DNA of 64,000 bases from Prorocentrum cordatum. Its lineage: Eukaryota. The DNA is taken from the NCBI GenBank assembly GCA_963575745.1, contig CAUYUJ010000225.1, forward strand, positions 248,001 through 312,000. Reading direction: 5' to 3'. This document shows positions 50,355 through 62,540 of this stretch, in pieces (position 1 is the stretch's first letter; every line of letters begins with the position of its first letter). The notes below the pieces were generated by a model. The model had not been told where the DNA came from, ran no database searches, and was given only the letters and a program-made list of their open reading frames with translations. Made by a program: the position numbers and the translations under genes.

Positions 50355-51135
50355 GAAGGGCGGGCCGGGCGTTCCGCCGGGGGCTTCCTTACCATTTATG
50401 AGCCTGGAGCTTAGAAGCTGGCAACAGTTTCACAGATGGAGGGCGGGGGGGGGGTAAAAAATGTGGCTCTCGCCTGAGCGCCGCGCACATTCGTTTCAAA
50501 CATTTGTAAGAGATTCAAGGATTGAGGGTGGGTGGTTTTCAAAATGTGGTTCTCGCCTCAGCGCCGCGCGCATTCGTTTTGAACACTTGCAAGAGGTTCG
50601 CGGACTGAGGGCGGTTCCTTTTCAAAATGTGGCTCTCGCCTTAGCGCCGCGCACATTCGTTTTAGCAACTTACACGAGGTTCGCGGATTGAGGGCGGTTC
50701 CTGATTCAACATGTGGCTCTTGCCCTGGCGCCGCGCACACTCGTTTCAAGCATTTGCAAAAGTTTCATGAATTGAGCCCAGGTCATTTTCAACATGTGGC
50801 TCTCGCCTCAGCGCCGCGCACATGCGTTTTGAAAAATTACTCGAGTTTCACGGACTCTCATGGCTAACGTACCAGAAGTGGTGTTTCGAAACGATTCAGC
50901 ATTGTCAGGGCGCAACAGTTACGTTCATTCGCGGTGCTGGAGTCCCAGGAATGGTGTTCTGGCACGGTTCAGGGTCGTCAAGACGCAACAGTCATGTTGA
51001 CTCGTGGCGTTGAAATCCTGATAATGGTGTTCTGGCACGCTTCAGGATTTCCATACGGTTGTCTCCCAACAGGGCACTTCCCTCAGTGGAGATGAATCCG
51101 TTTAGGGGCCTATGAAGAGAGAGCTTGGAGGGAGA
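50355..51135 (-). repeat. Dispersed repeat with internal ~80-bp array, copy 2 (inverted)
   Basis: See 19975-20620. Confidence 0.75.
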
Positions 51136-51240
51136 GTGTATTCCAACACCGTTGATAAATCTTGGGTTCACACTGGTCCTCCTCCTCCTCGTCCCTCCCA
51201 CTCTTCCTCGCGCTGAGCGGGACACGGCTGCAGGCTCACT

Positions 51241-51315
51241 TCACCGCGCACCCAGGAGCGAGGACAGGTCCAGGCTGTCCCGGAAGTCATCGAGGAGGTC
51301 GACGGCCGATCGCAC
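51241..51315 (-). CDS. Same gene, terminal exon F
   Basis: VRSAVDLLDDFRDSLDLSSLLGAR-stop (TGA). AG acceptor, phase 0. Confidence 0.7.
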   Translation of the reverse strand: MRSAVDLLDDFRDSLDLSSLLGAR

Positions 51316-51845
51316 CTTGCGCGCGGTTTGTGTTTATGCTGTCACGCGTTATGGTGAAAGCATTGAATAAGGGAACCGTTGGATAAGGGATCCAGGTCAA
51401 GAAGCCGGTGAAACTCAAACCGTGCATTGGCCACGGATACCACCGCCGCCCTCATCAGATAAGGAACCCCCCATGGTACGAAGCCTCCTGGGCACATTCC
51501 CCAACGACCGCCCCCCCCGTACTACGGTCGGGAACTTTTGCTCAACGTGTCGCGGCAGCGGTCCTGGCGACACACTATGCCTTGCAAGCGGATAGCGTGT
51601 CGCTCCGCTCCGCGGTGCGGGAGGCTGGGAAACGTTCGGGACGCTGACGCTGGGCGGCCGGGAAGCGGGTAGCATGTCGCGCCGACGCGCGGTGGGCCAG
51701 AAGCGGCGGAGCGACGCGCTATCCAAAAGTTCTCGGCCGCATCACCGCAGCCCTCATCAGGTGAGAAATCCCCCAGGGTCTGAAGCCTCCGGGGCACGTT
51801 CCTGAACGAACGCCCCCCACTGTACTATGTTTGTTCTAAGCGCAC

Positions 51846-51953
51846 CTCGTACATGGTGGACTTGTCGAAGAAGGCGACAGAGACGATGACGTTGACGTAG
51901 CCCAGGGCCACCGCGACGCAGGCCAGCACGAACAGCGGCGGGAAGATCACAAC
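51846..51953 (-). CDS. Same gene, exon E (hydrophobic, putative transmembrane segment)
   Basis: VVIFPPLFVLACVAVALGYVNVIVSVAFFDKSTMYE. AG acceptor, GT donor, phase 0 on both sides, GC3-rich codons. Confidence 0.7.
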
Positions 51954-52239
51954 CTCTCCCCACTCAGGCGCGCGCTACAGCCAAGTTGCTGCAACAAGGA
52001 ACGCAACACCAGGAGCGAATCCTGTTTTTGGCACCAAGAGGGCCTGAGTGCACGAAAAGGGCTAAACGAACAACCCCTGAATGACCTAAGTATGGGCCCC
52101 TTCCAAAATCAAACGTGTCCTTATTTCAGCGTCTGAACTGTACGGTCGGGGACTTTTGCTCAGCGTGTCGCGGCAGCGGTCCCGGCGACACAATCTGCCT
52201 TGCAAGCGGATGGCGTGTCGCTCCGCTCCGCGATGCCTG

Positions 52240-55200
52240 CTCTAGACAAGTCAGTACACGTTGGATCCAAAACACCTCCTTATGTCAGAATACGTAAATA
52301 TGGTGCAGAGAGGCCTGTATCACAATGTCCGTTGATATCGGAATGCCCAAACACCCAATATTCCGCTACTGTTGGAGGTTCAGGTCGGGGCGCCCATAGA
52401 CGACTAAACAGAGGGTGCCCTTACCCTGCTGCTGCCGCGTTTGCTGCGAAGTCACCCAAAGGCACCTGTCGGGCCTCTTCAAAGAAAGGACACACCCCCA
52501 TATTCTTTGGAATGCTCCATCTTGCTTGCTGCAATATGGGCATGCGCCTGTGCGCAGGTACCCCCCTTCTTGAAGATGCTGTCCTGCTGTGTACGCTCCA
52601 CAAAAAATATCGTCACATCGTCTCTTCTGCCCAGCTGTTAACCTGCGCGTTCTTGTTGGGGCTCGCTGGAACAACTCCCACCAAAGCCCAGTGGGAAGCG
52701 GTAGCTGATGTCTGTGGATTATGCCGAACATGCTCCCGAATCGTCTGATCGATGTAATCCGAGACGAATGTCTTGGTCATCTGCGGCGGTGGCGCGTCCA
52801 GCAAGCTGCGCGGGCGCCCGTGGAAATCTTCGAAAACCGTGGGGGGAGCGAGCAATCCGATTCCTGCGTAAAGCAATTTCAAACTCGCGCTGTGTGACCC
52901 CATCGCTTGCCCAAACAATGTTGTTTGCTTCGGTGGCCCGAAGATGTGCTCGTGTTGGTCGACATGTTTCGGCGAGCTCTTTGGGGATAGGGCGTCGGCG
53001 CGTAAGATCCCTTCATTCCTTGGAGAGGTGGCCGCCATTCCAATGCATTCCGTGCAATGCCTGCCGCTGCTAAGTGGAGAGGGCCCTTCTCCACCGCGGC
53101 AACTGACGTCCGCTGGAGGTCTGACTGGGCACGCCTTTGAAGCCAGGGAGAAGCTCTGGCTTGAGGGGTCCCGAGCATGCGTCCTTCGCCAGGTGCAAAG
53201 CCCGTTGTTGCCACGCCGCAATGGGTCGCCGAACGCGCGCATGCCCGGGAGAGCCTGCCCGTCACCTGCTTGATCTTCGCGCCCTTCATTCTAAGACGCC
53301 CGTTCGACTTAGCTGGGAGCGCGAGGGGCCCGCGGTCGCGAACTGCTCGAGCTTGGCTTGTCTCCGCATGCTTCCCAGCTTGAAAATCGATCCCCAAGTT
53401 TTCAGCTGCCCATGCCTCGGCCCCAGGTAATTCCCGAAGCGCCGCTTTGGCTTTGTCAACAATTCTGGCGCCGCTGCCAGCGACGCTTATTTCGGGCATC
53501 GCTAGCTCCAACATGACGTCGTTTACCTCCTGCTCCGCCCTGCGCGCGCGCGCCCCCGGGCCCCCCGGCGCTCCTCTGAGGGGTCAGCCCGAGCAGGAGA
53601 GGGCGAGGTCGTCGACGCGCAGGGAGTTGGTGCAGTCAGACGACGGAACTACATCCATTACTGGGATGAGAAAAAAGCCTGTGCTTCGTGCGTCGCGGGG
53701 CTGCTGCCCGCCGTCGCCCCCCTTGCTAAGCGCGCCTGCCCTGAAGAAAGCCCCGCCGAGGAGGGCCCAGCGAGGCCGGCGCCGAATGTCAGTGGAGCAG
53801 GTGAGCACATGCAGCGGGCACTAGCTACTCTGACCATGCTTCCACATCGTGGAATGGTCCATCGTTTCGTAGAAGCTCATCAGATCCCACGAGACTGCTG
53901 CATCGTGCTCTACGCGCGCGGCTGCTGCACTACGAGCTGCCTGCCTCCAAACCGAATCCCCTGGGCCCCTGCTCTGACTAGCGCTGCGCTGAGGTCCCGA
54001 CCCGCGCCCCCGCCCCCGCCCCTTGCGCTTCTTCGCCGAGAACTTGCCGCGAACGCGCGCCGTGACTCGGGGGGGGGGGGGGGCAGTGCATATCCCCCCC
54101 CCCCCCTTCGCGTTTTCAGCGCGAGTAGTAGTTTTTTTTTTTTTTTTTTTTTGTTTTTTTTTTTTTGTTTTTTTTTTTTTTTATGTTTCTCTTCTTCTTA
54201 TTCTTCTTATTCTTTATTCTTCTTCTTCTTATTCTTCTTCTTCTCTTTTGGGGGGGGGGGGGGGGGGGGGCGGTGCGTCGGGGGGCGGGGGCGGACTCGA
54301 TGAGGGGCCTCGCGGACACTTCCAAGCGCTCGTCGCATCCGAACCCAACCTAGCGAGGGCGATGCCAATTTGGCTGGCAGGCGCGCCCCTCGAGAGCCGC
54401 TGCCACTCTCCCAATCGCTTCGGGGGGGGGGGGGGGGGGGGGGCGGCGGGGCCTGGGATATCGCTGGCCCCTCGCCACTGCAACCAATCGCGCTCAGGGG
54501 GCCCATCTCCCGCGGCAGCCCATTTAGCGGGCCGAGAATTTAGCCGCGCGCCGACGAGCTCCGCGAACGACGACGGGGGGCCGCGATCCGTGAAGGCCGT
54601 CTCTTCTTCGTGGTTGGCCCCCGACTTGAGGTGGCGAAATGCCAGCTGACCACCTCCTTCGCATGCCCTTTCGCGCCAATCTTCCCAGTTTTGCCGCTGC
54701 TCCCCCTCGTCCTTTCCATGGCACTCCACCAGCAAGTTGGCGAGGAACGCGATGGGGGGAGTTTTTTTTTTGGGGGGGTCACTGAGTTAGACGACCGAGC
54801 GAGCTCCCCTGCTAGCATCGACAACTGCTCATGGACTTCCCCCCGCCCCTCCAATGAAGACGATCTCCAGGCTTGTTGAGACGACGCAGGGGGCCCGCGA
54901 GACGATTCAGATGATCTCTGCCTGACTGCAGTGGCTAGCCCGTGGAAGTAGATGGCGCGTGCCCCGGCGAGCCTGTCCACCGCCCGCGCAGGAGCTCGTC
55001 GCGGCATCACCTTGTCCCTGCTGCTTCGTTCTCGACAGCTTGGACAAAGGAACTGCCTTGAACGTAGAGCGACTGGCTAGCATCTTTCCTTAGTCTGGAA
55101 ATGATTGGATTTCCCCGTGATCTTCATGGCGACGCCTTACCTTCCACTTCTGATGCGCAGGGTCAAGCTAGGCCTTCTTGGCGATCAGACTCCAGTGGGT

Positions 55201-57534
55201 CGATGGGCGCGTATGTGTCCTCATCCGTCTGGAACCTTCTAGAAAACTTTGAAGCTCCTCCAGGGAGTCCGCATAACCTGGTGGAGCTCTCATGGGGCCC
55301 ACCACTCTTGCAATGGGGTGCTCTGTCATGCGCTTCCGCAACCTGCGCCGCGATGTCCTTGGCTGCCTTGCTGACCATAAGGGCCACTGGCCCGTGAGGT
55401 TTCAGGGGGGGCGTCGAGGTTTGTCTCTACCTTGGTGACAGCATGAGATATCAAGTTTGAGACCGCGAAGTAGTCCAAAGACGACTGATGTGACCCTGTT
55501 TTTTTTTTTTGCGGGCATTATCTCATCAGTTGTGACTTGGCCGCCCAGCTGGATCAGCCCCACATTCTGAAGGAACTGCTGCGGGGGGATGTTGACACCA
55601 CCCCCTATAATGTAGGCGTAGCCATGCTTCAGCATATCCAAGCAAAGTAATCGCAAATATCCCACATTCCCTTCGTCCACTCCGCCGCCGGACTTTAGGT
55701 GCGTGGACAATCTAGCAACTGTTCCATGACCTGCTGTGCGTATGAAACACTTAGATGCTCGCCCTGGGATTGCATATTCCTGGTTGGGGGTTGACCAAGC
55801 GTCTAAGTGCGGCTTCACAAAGATGAAGGTGACGCTAGATAAACCCCGCACTTCATTGGAAAGCCTTCAGCGCCCCAAACCATCCATCCTTTCCTCCTCT
55901 GCGCAGACACTACATCCTGATACTTCTGCCCGCGCAACGTATGCTCCTGCACAAGAATAACATCTGCCGCTTGTGGCCCCCCCGTTCCCCACGAGGACAT
56001 GTTGAACGTGACTACGGTGAAGTCCGAGTGGGGCCGTTTGCCCGTGCGCCGCCGCTGCTGGCTGCTCCGAACCGACTCCGACGGCCCCGCGGGGCCCGAA
56101 GGTCACTCACATGGGGGCTGGAGGGACAGCTGCCGTCTCTGCTCCTCCACCTCCTTCTCCTGCTGCTTCTGGTGGTGTTGCTGCTGCTGGGCGGGAGGCC
56201 GAGGCTGATGCTGGTGCTGCTGGTGCTGAGGGCGGGGCACGTCCGCCTGAGCCTGCTGCTCTTGCTTTTCTCTGCAACATTCCTCCTCCTCCGCTTCTGC
56301 ATCCCTTGCCGCCCTTGAATTCTCGTCCCTTCGCCAACGGCTTCTTCGCACACGCGCCTACCATTTGAGCATATGCCTCTGGAGTGGTTCCTGAAGGGAC
56401 TGAGGCACGAACAGTGTGGGAGGACTGCAGCTTGACCATGAGGGCTCCAATGTCCAACTCGGAAGGCCTTTTCTAACCTTTGGTGGTGTAGCCTCTGACT
56501 TCATCAAGTTCCTCCAGGGTTTCGTCCGCATCATGTTCGCCAAGCATGGACGAGACGTCCATCCCCCCTTCCTCCACACGCTGATCCTGCTCTTTGTAAG
56601 CATGATGGCCGATGACACTGAGACGGGCATCCAACTTCTGCTGGGCTCGTCTCTGCCCTGGAACATGCACCTCAAGACGCTCCGCTTCCTGCTGCTGGGG
56701 CTGGGGCTGGGTGATATCAGTTTGCATTTTTTCTTCCTGGTCCATAAGAAAGTCCTTCTGACATTGGAGAGACTCCATGACTGCCGTAATCTCTCGAATA
56801 TATGCATGGCGTTTCTACTGCCGCTTCTGCTTATTACTAATTGATATTCACCCGACGCATGACCTGTCAAGGGGGTTACTGGCTCGTTCGCTCTGGTTGG
56901 ACCAACCCCACCACCCGCTCAAACTGGGAGACCACCGTAGGGCCGTAGGGTCCATATCTGCTTGCTTAAGTTGTGTGAGGGTGTGTTGGATATTTTGCTC
57001 TAGAAATTGTGGCCCACATCGACGAGGAGGGCGGCCCGACTTAAGTTTCGTGAAGGGGTCTTCTGTAAATCCTCGGTATTGGCACTGGCCGAAAGTTGGA
57101 TCAGGTAGCCACCACGAGTTACCGTACCCTTTTTTCCACCTTGCCCACCTTTGCATTTAGTGTCTTTGCCTTTTCCTTTGGATTTGCCTCCCTTGTAACC
57201 ACCTGCCTGATGTACTGGTCCTCCCCCACCAACTGCTCCTGCATGACTGCCCTGCCACGGGTTCCCCCAATACGCTGGATACTGAGGTCCGAAAACAGGC
57301 TGCGGCACAAACCGAAGGAGAGGAACATGACAGCGGTAACAAATCTTATACCACGGTGGGCTCTCTTGCTGCCACACTTTGCACAAGCCAGCCCTCAGTC
57401 GCCATGGCTGCCCATAGGGTCGCGCGAACACGGAGAAAGGGGCTGCGGCCCCACGACGCTGAAACAAGGGCTGAACCCCTTGAGCGAGGTTGAGCCGTTC
57501 AGGAGCAGGCCCCTTCAGCCAAAATGGCAACGGA
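52240..57534 (-). mobile_element. Decayed near-full-length LINE in the intron between exons D and E, in the same orientation as the host gene
   Basis: Minus-strand remnants in LINE order: RanBP2-like ZnF (GW..CKV..PPWYKICYRC, ~57400-57325) with a KGKGK-rich stretch, coiled coil (~56800-56470), APE (TVVTFNMSSW..DVILVQEH..IIGGGVN..PHGPV, ~56020-55380), RT (DSVWRQAA..WDLMSFYE ~53870; RVDDLAL ~53610; ENLGIDF ~53395) and CPYC..RIWGC (~52530). The RT N-terminus is disrupted by poly-G/poly-T tracts (~54000-54480). Confidence 0.8.
57513..57534 (-). other. Relic dinoflagellate spliced-leader sequence
   Basis: Minus strand TCCGTTGCCATTTTGGCTGAAG versus DinoSL DCCGTAGCCATTTTGGCTCAAG: 20/22 identity. 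Confidence 0.85.
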
Positions 57535-57890
57535 TTCCTCCTTCTGCTGCTCCTCCTCCTCCTCGTCCTCCTCCTCCGCCTCCTCCTCCTCCTCTCCTTC
57601 TCCTCCTCCTCCTCCTGCTCCTGCTCCTCCTCCTCTATGGGGTCCAGATAAGAACGGGATCGGACGACGGCGCCGCACCACCGATGCATGGCCGATGCAC
57701 CAAGGGATGCACAGGCGACGTCGGCCATTCCTCGGCGAAGCCGGTGATGCATGCATCGGCGCCGTCGGCGTGGAGAAGGTCGAGCTCCACACCGAGCCGC
57801 ATCGCCGATGCACCGGCGATGCGGCGCGATCCTCCGACCCCATCTGCCCGGACGCCACTGAAAAGGCCTGGAGATGGGGCATCCTCGGAC

Positions 57891-58014
57891 CTTGCCGAAT
57901 CGCGAGAGGCCGCGTATACCCTGCGCAAAGGGCGCCATGACCACGCCCACCACGCGCCACGGCGCCTCCGCGATGTCCACCGCGCGACTTATGAGGCCCG
58001 TCTCTGGGCAGATC
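57891..58014 (-). CDS. SnoaL/NTF2-like protein, exon D
   Basis: ICPETGLISRAVDIAEAPWRVVGVVMAPFAQGIRGLSRFGK. AG acceptor, GT donor. Confidence 0.8.
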
Positions 58015-58270
58015 CTGGGCACTTTCTCCTCCTCCTCTTCCTCCTCCTCTTCCTCCTCCTCCACTTCCTACTCCTCCTCCTCCTCCTCCTCCTCCTCCTC
58101 CTCATCATCCTCCTCCTCCTCCTTCATGCCGCTCCTCCCCCTCCTCCCTCGCGTTCCCCCCCCCTCCCCCTCCTCACTCGCGTTCCCCCTCCCCCCCCCT
58201 CCCCGAACTCATCCGCCCTACTTCCTCTCCCCGTCCTCCTCCTCCTCCTCATTCCCCCTCCAGAAGAAGA

Positions 58271-58450
58271 AAAAACGCCGTAAACGGAAACTTTTGGCGC
58301 TCCGCGCAGATTTCTTGGACCTGCGCTGGACCCCCCTCCCTGGCGCGCGGAGCGCGCCAGGGGGCGGCGCTGGGGGCGCCGCCCGGGCGGGCCCAGCGCA
58401 GACCCAAGAGATCCGCGAGGAGCTCCAAAAGTTTATGCTTGCGGCGTTCT
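58271..58450. mobile_element. MITE-like element, family A, intronic copy
   Basis: Colinear with 5071-5250, including the core CTGCGCTGGACCCCCCTCCCTGGCGCG. Confidence 0.7.
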
Positions 58451-58669
58451 CTCTTCTCCGATCCTCGTCCCCCTGCTCCTCCGTCTCCTCCTCCTTCTCC
58501 CCCTCCTCCTCCTCCTCCTCCTCCTCCCCCTCCTCCTCCTCCTCCCCTCCTCCTCCTCCCTCCCCCTCCTCCTCCTCCTCCTCCTCCTCCCCTCCTCCTC
58601 CTCCTCCTCCTCCTTCTCCTCCTCCTCCTCCTCCTCCTGCACGGGCCCACCTGCCGGGCAGGGCGGGTC

Positions 58670-58716
58670 CTGAGGAAGCTGATGCCGCGGCCGAGGGCGA
58701 GGGGCTCGCCGTCGAC
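58670..58716 (-). CDS. SnoaL/NTF2-like protein, exon C
   Basis: VDGEPLALGRGISFL(R). The joined WHVEVDGEPLALGRGISF resembles SnoaL-like proteins of algae and plants. GA donor is phase-consistent. Confidence 0.8.
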
Positions 58717-58802
58717 CTCTGCAGAGGCCGAGGCTGGCTCCACCGCCACGAGGCGCCCGACCCCCTCGTCTCCCTACCCTCTCCCTGGGAGCGGGGGGGG
58801 GG

Positions 58803-58862
<60 letters not shown>

Positions 58863-58866
58863 CACC

Positions 58867-58919
<53 letters not shown>

Positions 58920-59182
58920 GTTACCTCTCGAAGGTGTTCAGGAGACCGAGACATTCGAGTAGGGGATCGGCTACAGAATTGATTTACCCCGATACTGATT
59001 CGTTTGTCGAGTCCATGAGAAATGCGTAGAACGTTCGTAGATCTACCAACATTCTACGCATGACTCAACGAGAATATCAATTTGGGCGCAACGCAATTCT
59101 GCAGGCAACCCCCCACTCGAGACGCGGAGAGATACCACCAGCAACCTCGAGCATCGATTCGCGATCCTCGACATGGCCGCGC

Positions 59183-59291
59183 CTCCACGTGCCACTCCAC
59201 GCCCACCGAGCCGCGGTCCTGGTCCTCGGAGATGCCGTCCACCTTGATGGTGATCTGCGGCGGCCGAACCCCGAGGAAGTCGCAGGCCCCC
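59183..59291 (-). CDS. SnoaL/NTF2-like protein, exon B
   Basis: GACDFLGVRPPQITIKVDGISEDQDRGSVGVEWHVE. AG acceptor, GC donor. Confidence 0.82.
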
Positions 59292-60388
59292 CTTGCGAGG
59301 GGGGGGGAGAGGGCGAGGAAGGAGAGGATGAGGATGAGGATAAGGATGAGGAGGAGGAGGAGGAGGAGGAGGAGGAGAGACAGGGTGAAGAGGAAAAGGA
59401 GAAGGAGGACGATGAGGAGGGACAGGAGAAAGAGGAAGAGGAGAAGGAGGAGGAGGAGGAGGAGGAAGAGTAGATGAAGGCGAATGGGAAGATGGATTAA
59501 GAAGATAAGAGGGAGAGCGGGCAATGGAGAACCCAGGCAGAACACAGACAAAGTAAGGAATTGCTTTGCGGATGTGGACGGAGACCACCTTTTTGGCCAG
59601 GCATGCCCCACAGAGCACAGCACTGGATGGGTGGATCTTTTTCGCTTTCTTATTACTCTTCGCATGTCCCAATTTTGTTGCTACGATGATAGCTTCGCAT
59701 CTGCATTCACGGTCTCGTGTACGTGCGAGCATGCGATGCAGTGGCAGTGAGTTCTGGCATTGCACGGAGGACCGTAATTGTTTCAGGTGGAGCCCGACGT
59801 TTCTTCAGCAATATCCTTTATTGCGAGATGGTCGAGCAGTGTCAGCGGTCCTGATCGGTCCTGGCGCGTCTCAGGGTGCTTTTCCAAGGTGGTTACTCGT
59901 TTTGTCTGTCCCGCAGTGTCGGGCCCCGAGTTTCCAGTCCATCGTGCATACCGTTGCGATGTGTATGCCTCTCGCAGTGTGGGAGAGCATTTGCATCCGC
60001 ACTGATGTACATGATCAGTCAGGATACGACGCTGGCAATACCAAGTCCTGTTGTTAGCATGGCACAATCGTTCGTCTCAGAGTGATGCCGCCCGGTTGAA
60101 CAAGTGACGCTACCGCGTGGACGCAGTGGGGGGAAGAACTGCCAAAAGATGAAGGCGAGGGCGTGGCGTGGTCTCCTATCTTTTCCGTTTCGTTGCGCAG
60201 TTCGTGGTGATCCTGGAGGCAGTGGCAGAGTGCAGATTGTGTGTGTATGAAGGACTTTGTCGGACAGCTCAATGGCTCGATGGCTCCCTCCTCCCTTCTC
60301 CGCCCTCCATCCTTCTCCTCCCTCCTCCCCCTCCCTCCTCCCTCCTCCTCCTCCTCCTCCTCCTCCTCCTCATCCTTCTCCTGCTCTC

Positions 60389-60535
60389 CTGTACACGAAG
60401 ACGGGATGGGTCTTGATCAGTTCCCGGATGTCGTCGCGCGACGTCGCCAGGGTGGAGCCTCCGAGCAGCAGGTCCTCGTACCGCACGTCGTCCGTCAGGC
60501 ACGCCGCCACGCCCTCCGCGTCGCAGTTGCTGAAC
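60389..60535 (-). CDS. SnoaL/NTF2-like domain protein, exon A (first exon identified; upstream exons not resolved)
   Basis: (R)FSNCDAEGVAACLTDDVRYEDLLLGGSTLATSRDDIRELIKTHPVFVY(R). AG acceptor; GA donor gives the correct phase with the next exon. Confidence 0.8.
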
Positions 60536-60947
60536 CTCGGGGGAGGAGCAGAGGAGGAGGAGGAGGAGGAGGAGGAGGAGGAGGAGGAGGAGGGGGAGGA
60601 GGAGGAGGAGGAGGAGAGGAGGAGGGGGAGGAGGAGGAGGAGGAGGAGGAGGAGGAGGAGGAGGGGGAGGGGGAGGAGGGGGAGGAGGCGGAAGCGGAGG
60701 CGGAGGCGGAGTCCGAGCGGCGGAGCGGGTGACACGGTTTGCCCCCCGCCGCTCGAGGGTCGAGGCGAGAGGCCCTCGGACGCCTTCGGCTCCTGTCGGT
60801 CCTCCCGAGGCCCCTGGGGACCTCCTGGGGGGTCCAGGATCCGGGGAGGGAGCGGAACTTACCAGGTGGAGGAGAAGGGGGAGGTAGAAGCTGCTCTCCC
60901 TCCCCGACTCCCTCCCTCGTCCTCCTCCTCATCCTCCTCTTCTATCC

Positions 60948-61150
60948 TTGGCGGCGAGCGAGGGGGCGAAGTGAGAAGGAGAAGGCCTTCTCGGAAGGCT
61001 CGGAAGTCCCCAGGGCTTCTGAGACGTTTCCTGAACCTTCCCCGAAGACAGACAATAAATTCTCAGAAGGCGCGAGGGCTTCTGAGAAGCCCCGCCGCCT
61101 TCTGAGAAGGCCTTCTCCTTCTCACTTCCCCCCCCCTCGCTCGCCGCCGA
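60948..61150. mobile_element. MITE-like element with ~45-bp TIRs; partial relative at ~9566-9735
   Basis: GGCGGCGAGCGAGGGGGCGAAGTGAGAAGGAGAAGGCCTTCTC ... GAGAAGGCCTTCTCCTTCTCACTTCCCCCCCCTCGCTCGCCGCC. Confidence 0.7.
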
Positions 61151-62129
61151 CATCCTCTTCCTCCTCCTCGTGGCTGGGGAGGGCCTGGGAGGGGTTCGTG
61201 CTCCACGAGGCCCCCCCGTGCGGACCTCTGGGACGGCTCCACTGCTCTCGCCTGCAGGAGAGCGCGCAAGGCTTTGGAGTGTTGCCCTTGGTGCGGACTC
61301 GGCCGGGGTGGGCTCGGCGAGGGCGGAGCGCGGAGAGGCCCTGCCTCGGGCTGCGCGGCGCTCGGGCGTGGACTGAGCTCCGCGTGAGTCGGCCCAGTCC
61401 TCTGTGCGCGTTCACGTTGGGGCGAGGTGGCGGTGTGAGGTGTGCATCCAGATGGCTCACGGGATCACACGGGATTGAAACCGAAACACTCCATATCCAA
61501 AGAGAAGCGGGGCGGCGGGGACACGTGAAACAAGTAACTGACGTTTCGAAAAGTGGCGGCGGGACAGAAAAGCTCGTATAAATATGTTCAAACTCACAAG
61601 AAAATGACCTGAAGCCGAATCTCCTTGGAATCAGACTCGACATATTCTGGCGCCTTTTGGCGCTCCCAGGCGCTCGCATTCGCTCCCGGGCGCGCCCACC
61701 CCCCCGCCAGCACTCGCACGCGCTCGCAAGCGTGCGCATGCCCTCCCAGGCGAACGCATGCACTCTCAGGCGCCCCATGGGGCACTCGCAAGTACCCGCG
61801 AGCGCGCGCGGGTGCTCCCAGCCGCTGGAGCTCGCAACTCGTGTGAGAAAACAAACGCGGGGAACAACCAACAGAATGGCGGCGGGCTCGCCGGCCAAAA
61901 TCAATTCAAAATGCCGGCGGCGAGGGAGGAGCCAGTCCATCCAGCACTCAGGTCACCGAAGAAACCGGGGTGGGTCCTCTCTGCTTGAGCTGTGTCGCAC
62001 TGCGTGCTTACCGCCGCCTGCCTCCTGCGTGCCTTCCCCTCCTGTGCTCAGCTCGGCCCCCAAGGCCTCTGGAGCCTCGGGAGCGGCTGCCGCGGAAAGA
62101 CTCGGGGGGGAAGGCGCTGCACGAGTCGC

Positions 62130-62540
62130 ACAAGCTCGGTGAATGGGCTCACCAAGTGCTGCATGGTGTTCTGCCACGAGTGTGGCCGCTATGCGACCAA
62201 AGATCTCCGCCCCCTGGCGGTGGCCTGTCTCGGCCGTTCCGGGAAGGGGGCCGAGTCTCTCCGAGTTTGTCATGGCTCTGCCCAAGGAGGGAGGGCCCCC
62301 TCCACGTCGGTTCGTGCAGTGAGGCAGGCGCGTCTCGGTGCCGAGGCTCGGGCTCGGGCTCCCGCGACCGAGGGGCCTGCCGAACCTTCCCCAGCGGCTG
62401 ACGTCTTGCCGAGGTGTGCCTTCGGGCGGTGCCTGCCTGGGGCGCTGCTGCACGGAGCCCTGGGCAGCTCTGAAGGTCTGCCCACCTCGGCGACGAGGAA
62501 GGCAGGACACGGTACCGCCCGATATTTGAAGGGCCACGGG
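62130..62540 (+). mobile_element. Possible C-terminal fragment of another LINE (Cys-rich motif)
   Basis: VFCHECGRYATKDLRPLAVAC, followed by a second degenerate Cys motif. Family assignment is from recollection only. Confidence 0.35.

Noticed and set aside
53860..53900. Hammerhead-like core CTGATGAG...GAAAC on the minus strand
   Set aside because: Stems I and III cannot form, and the sequence is simply RT coding sequence (WDLMSFYET) of the decayed LINE.
61226..61251. Candidate upstream micro-exon (ARAVEPSQR) of the SnoaL-like gene
   Set aside because: It is phase-compatible but too short and lacks recognisable similarity.
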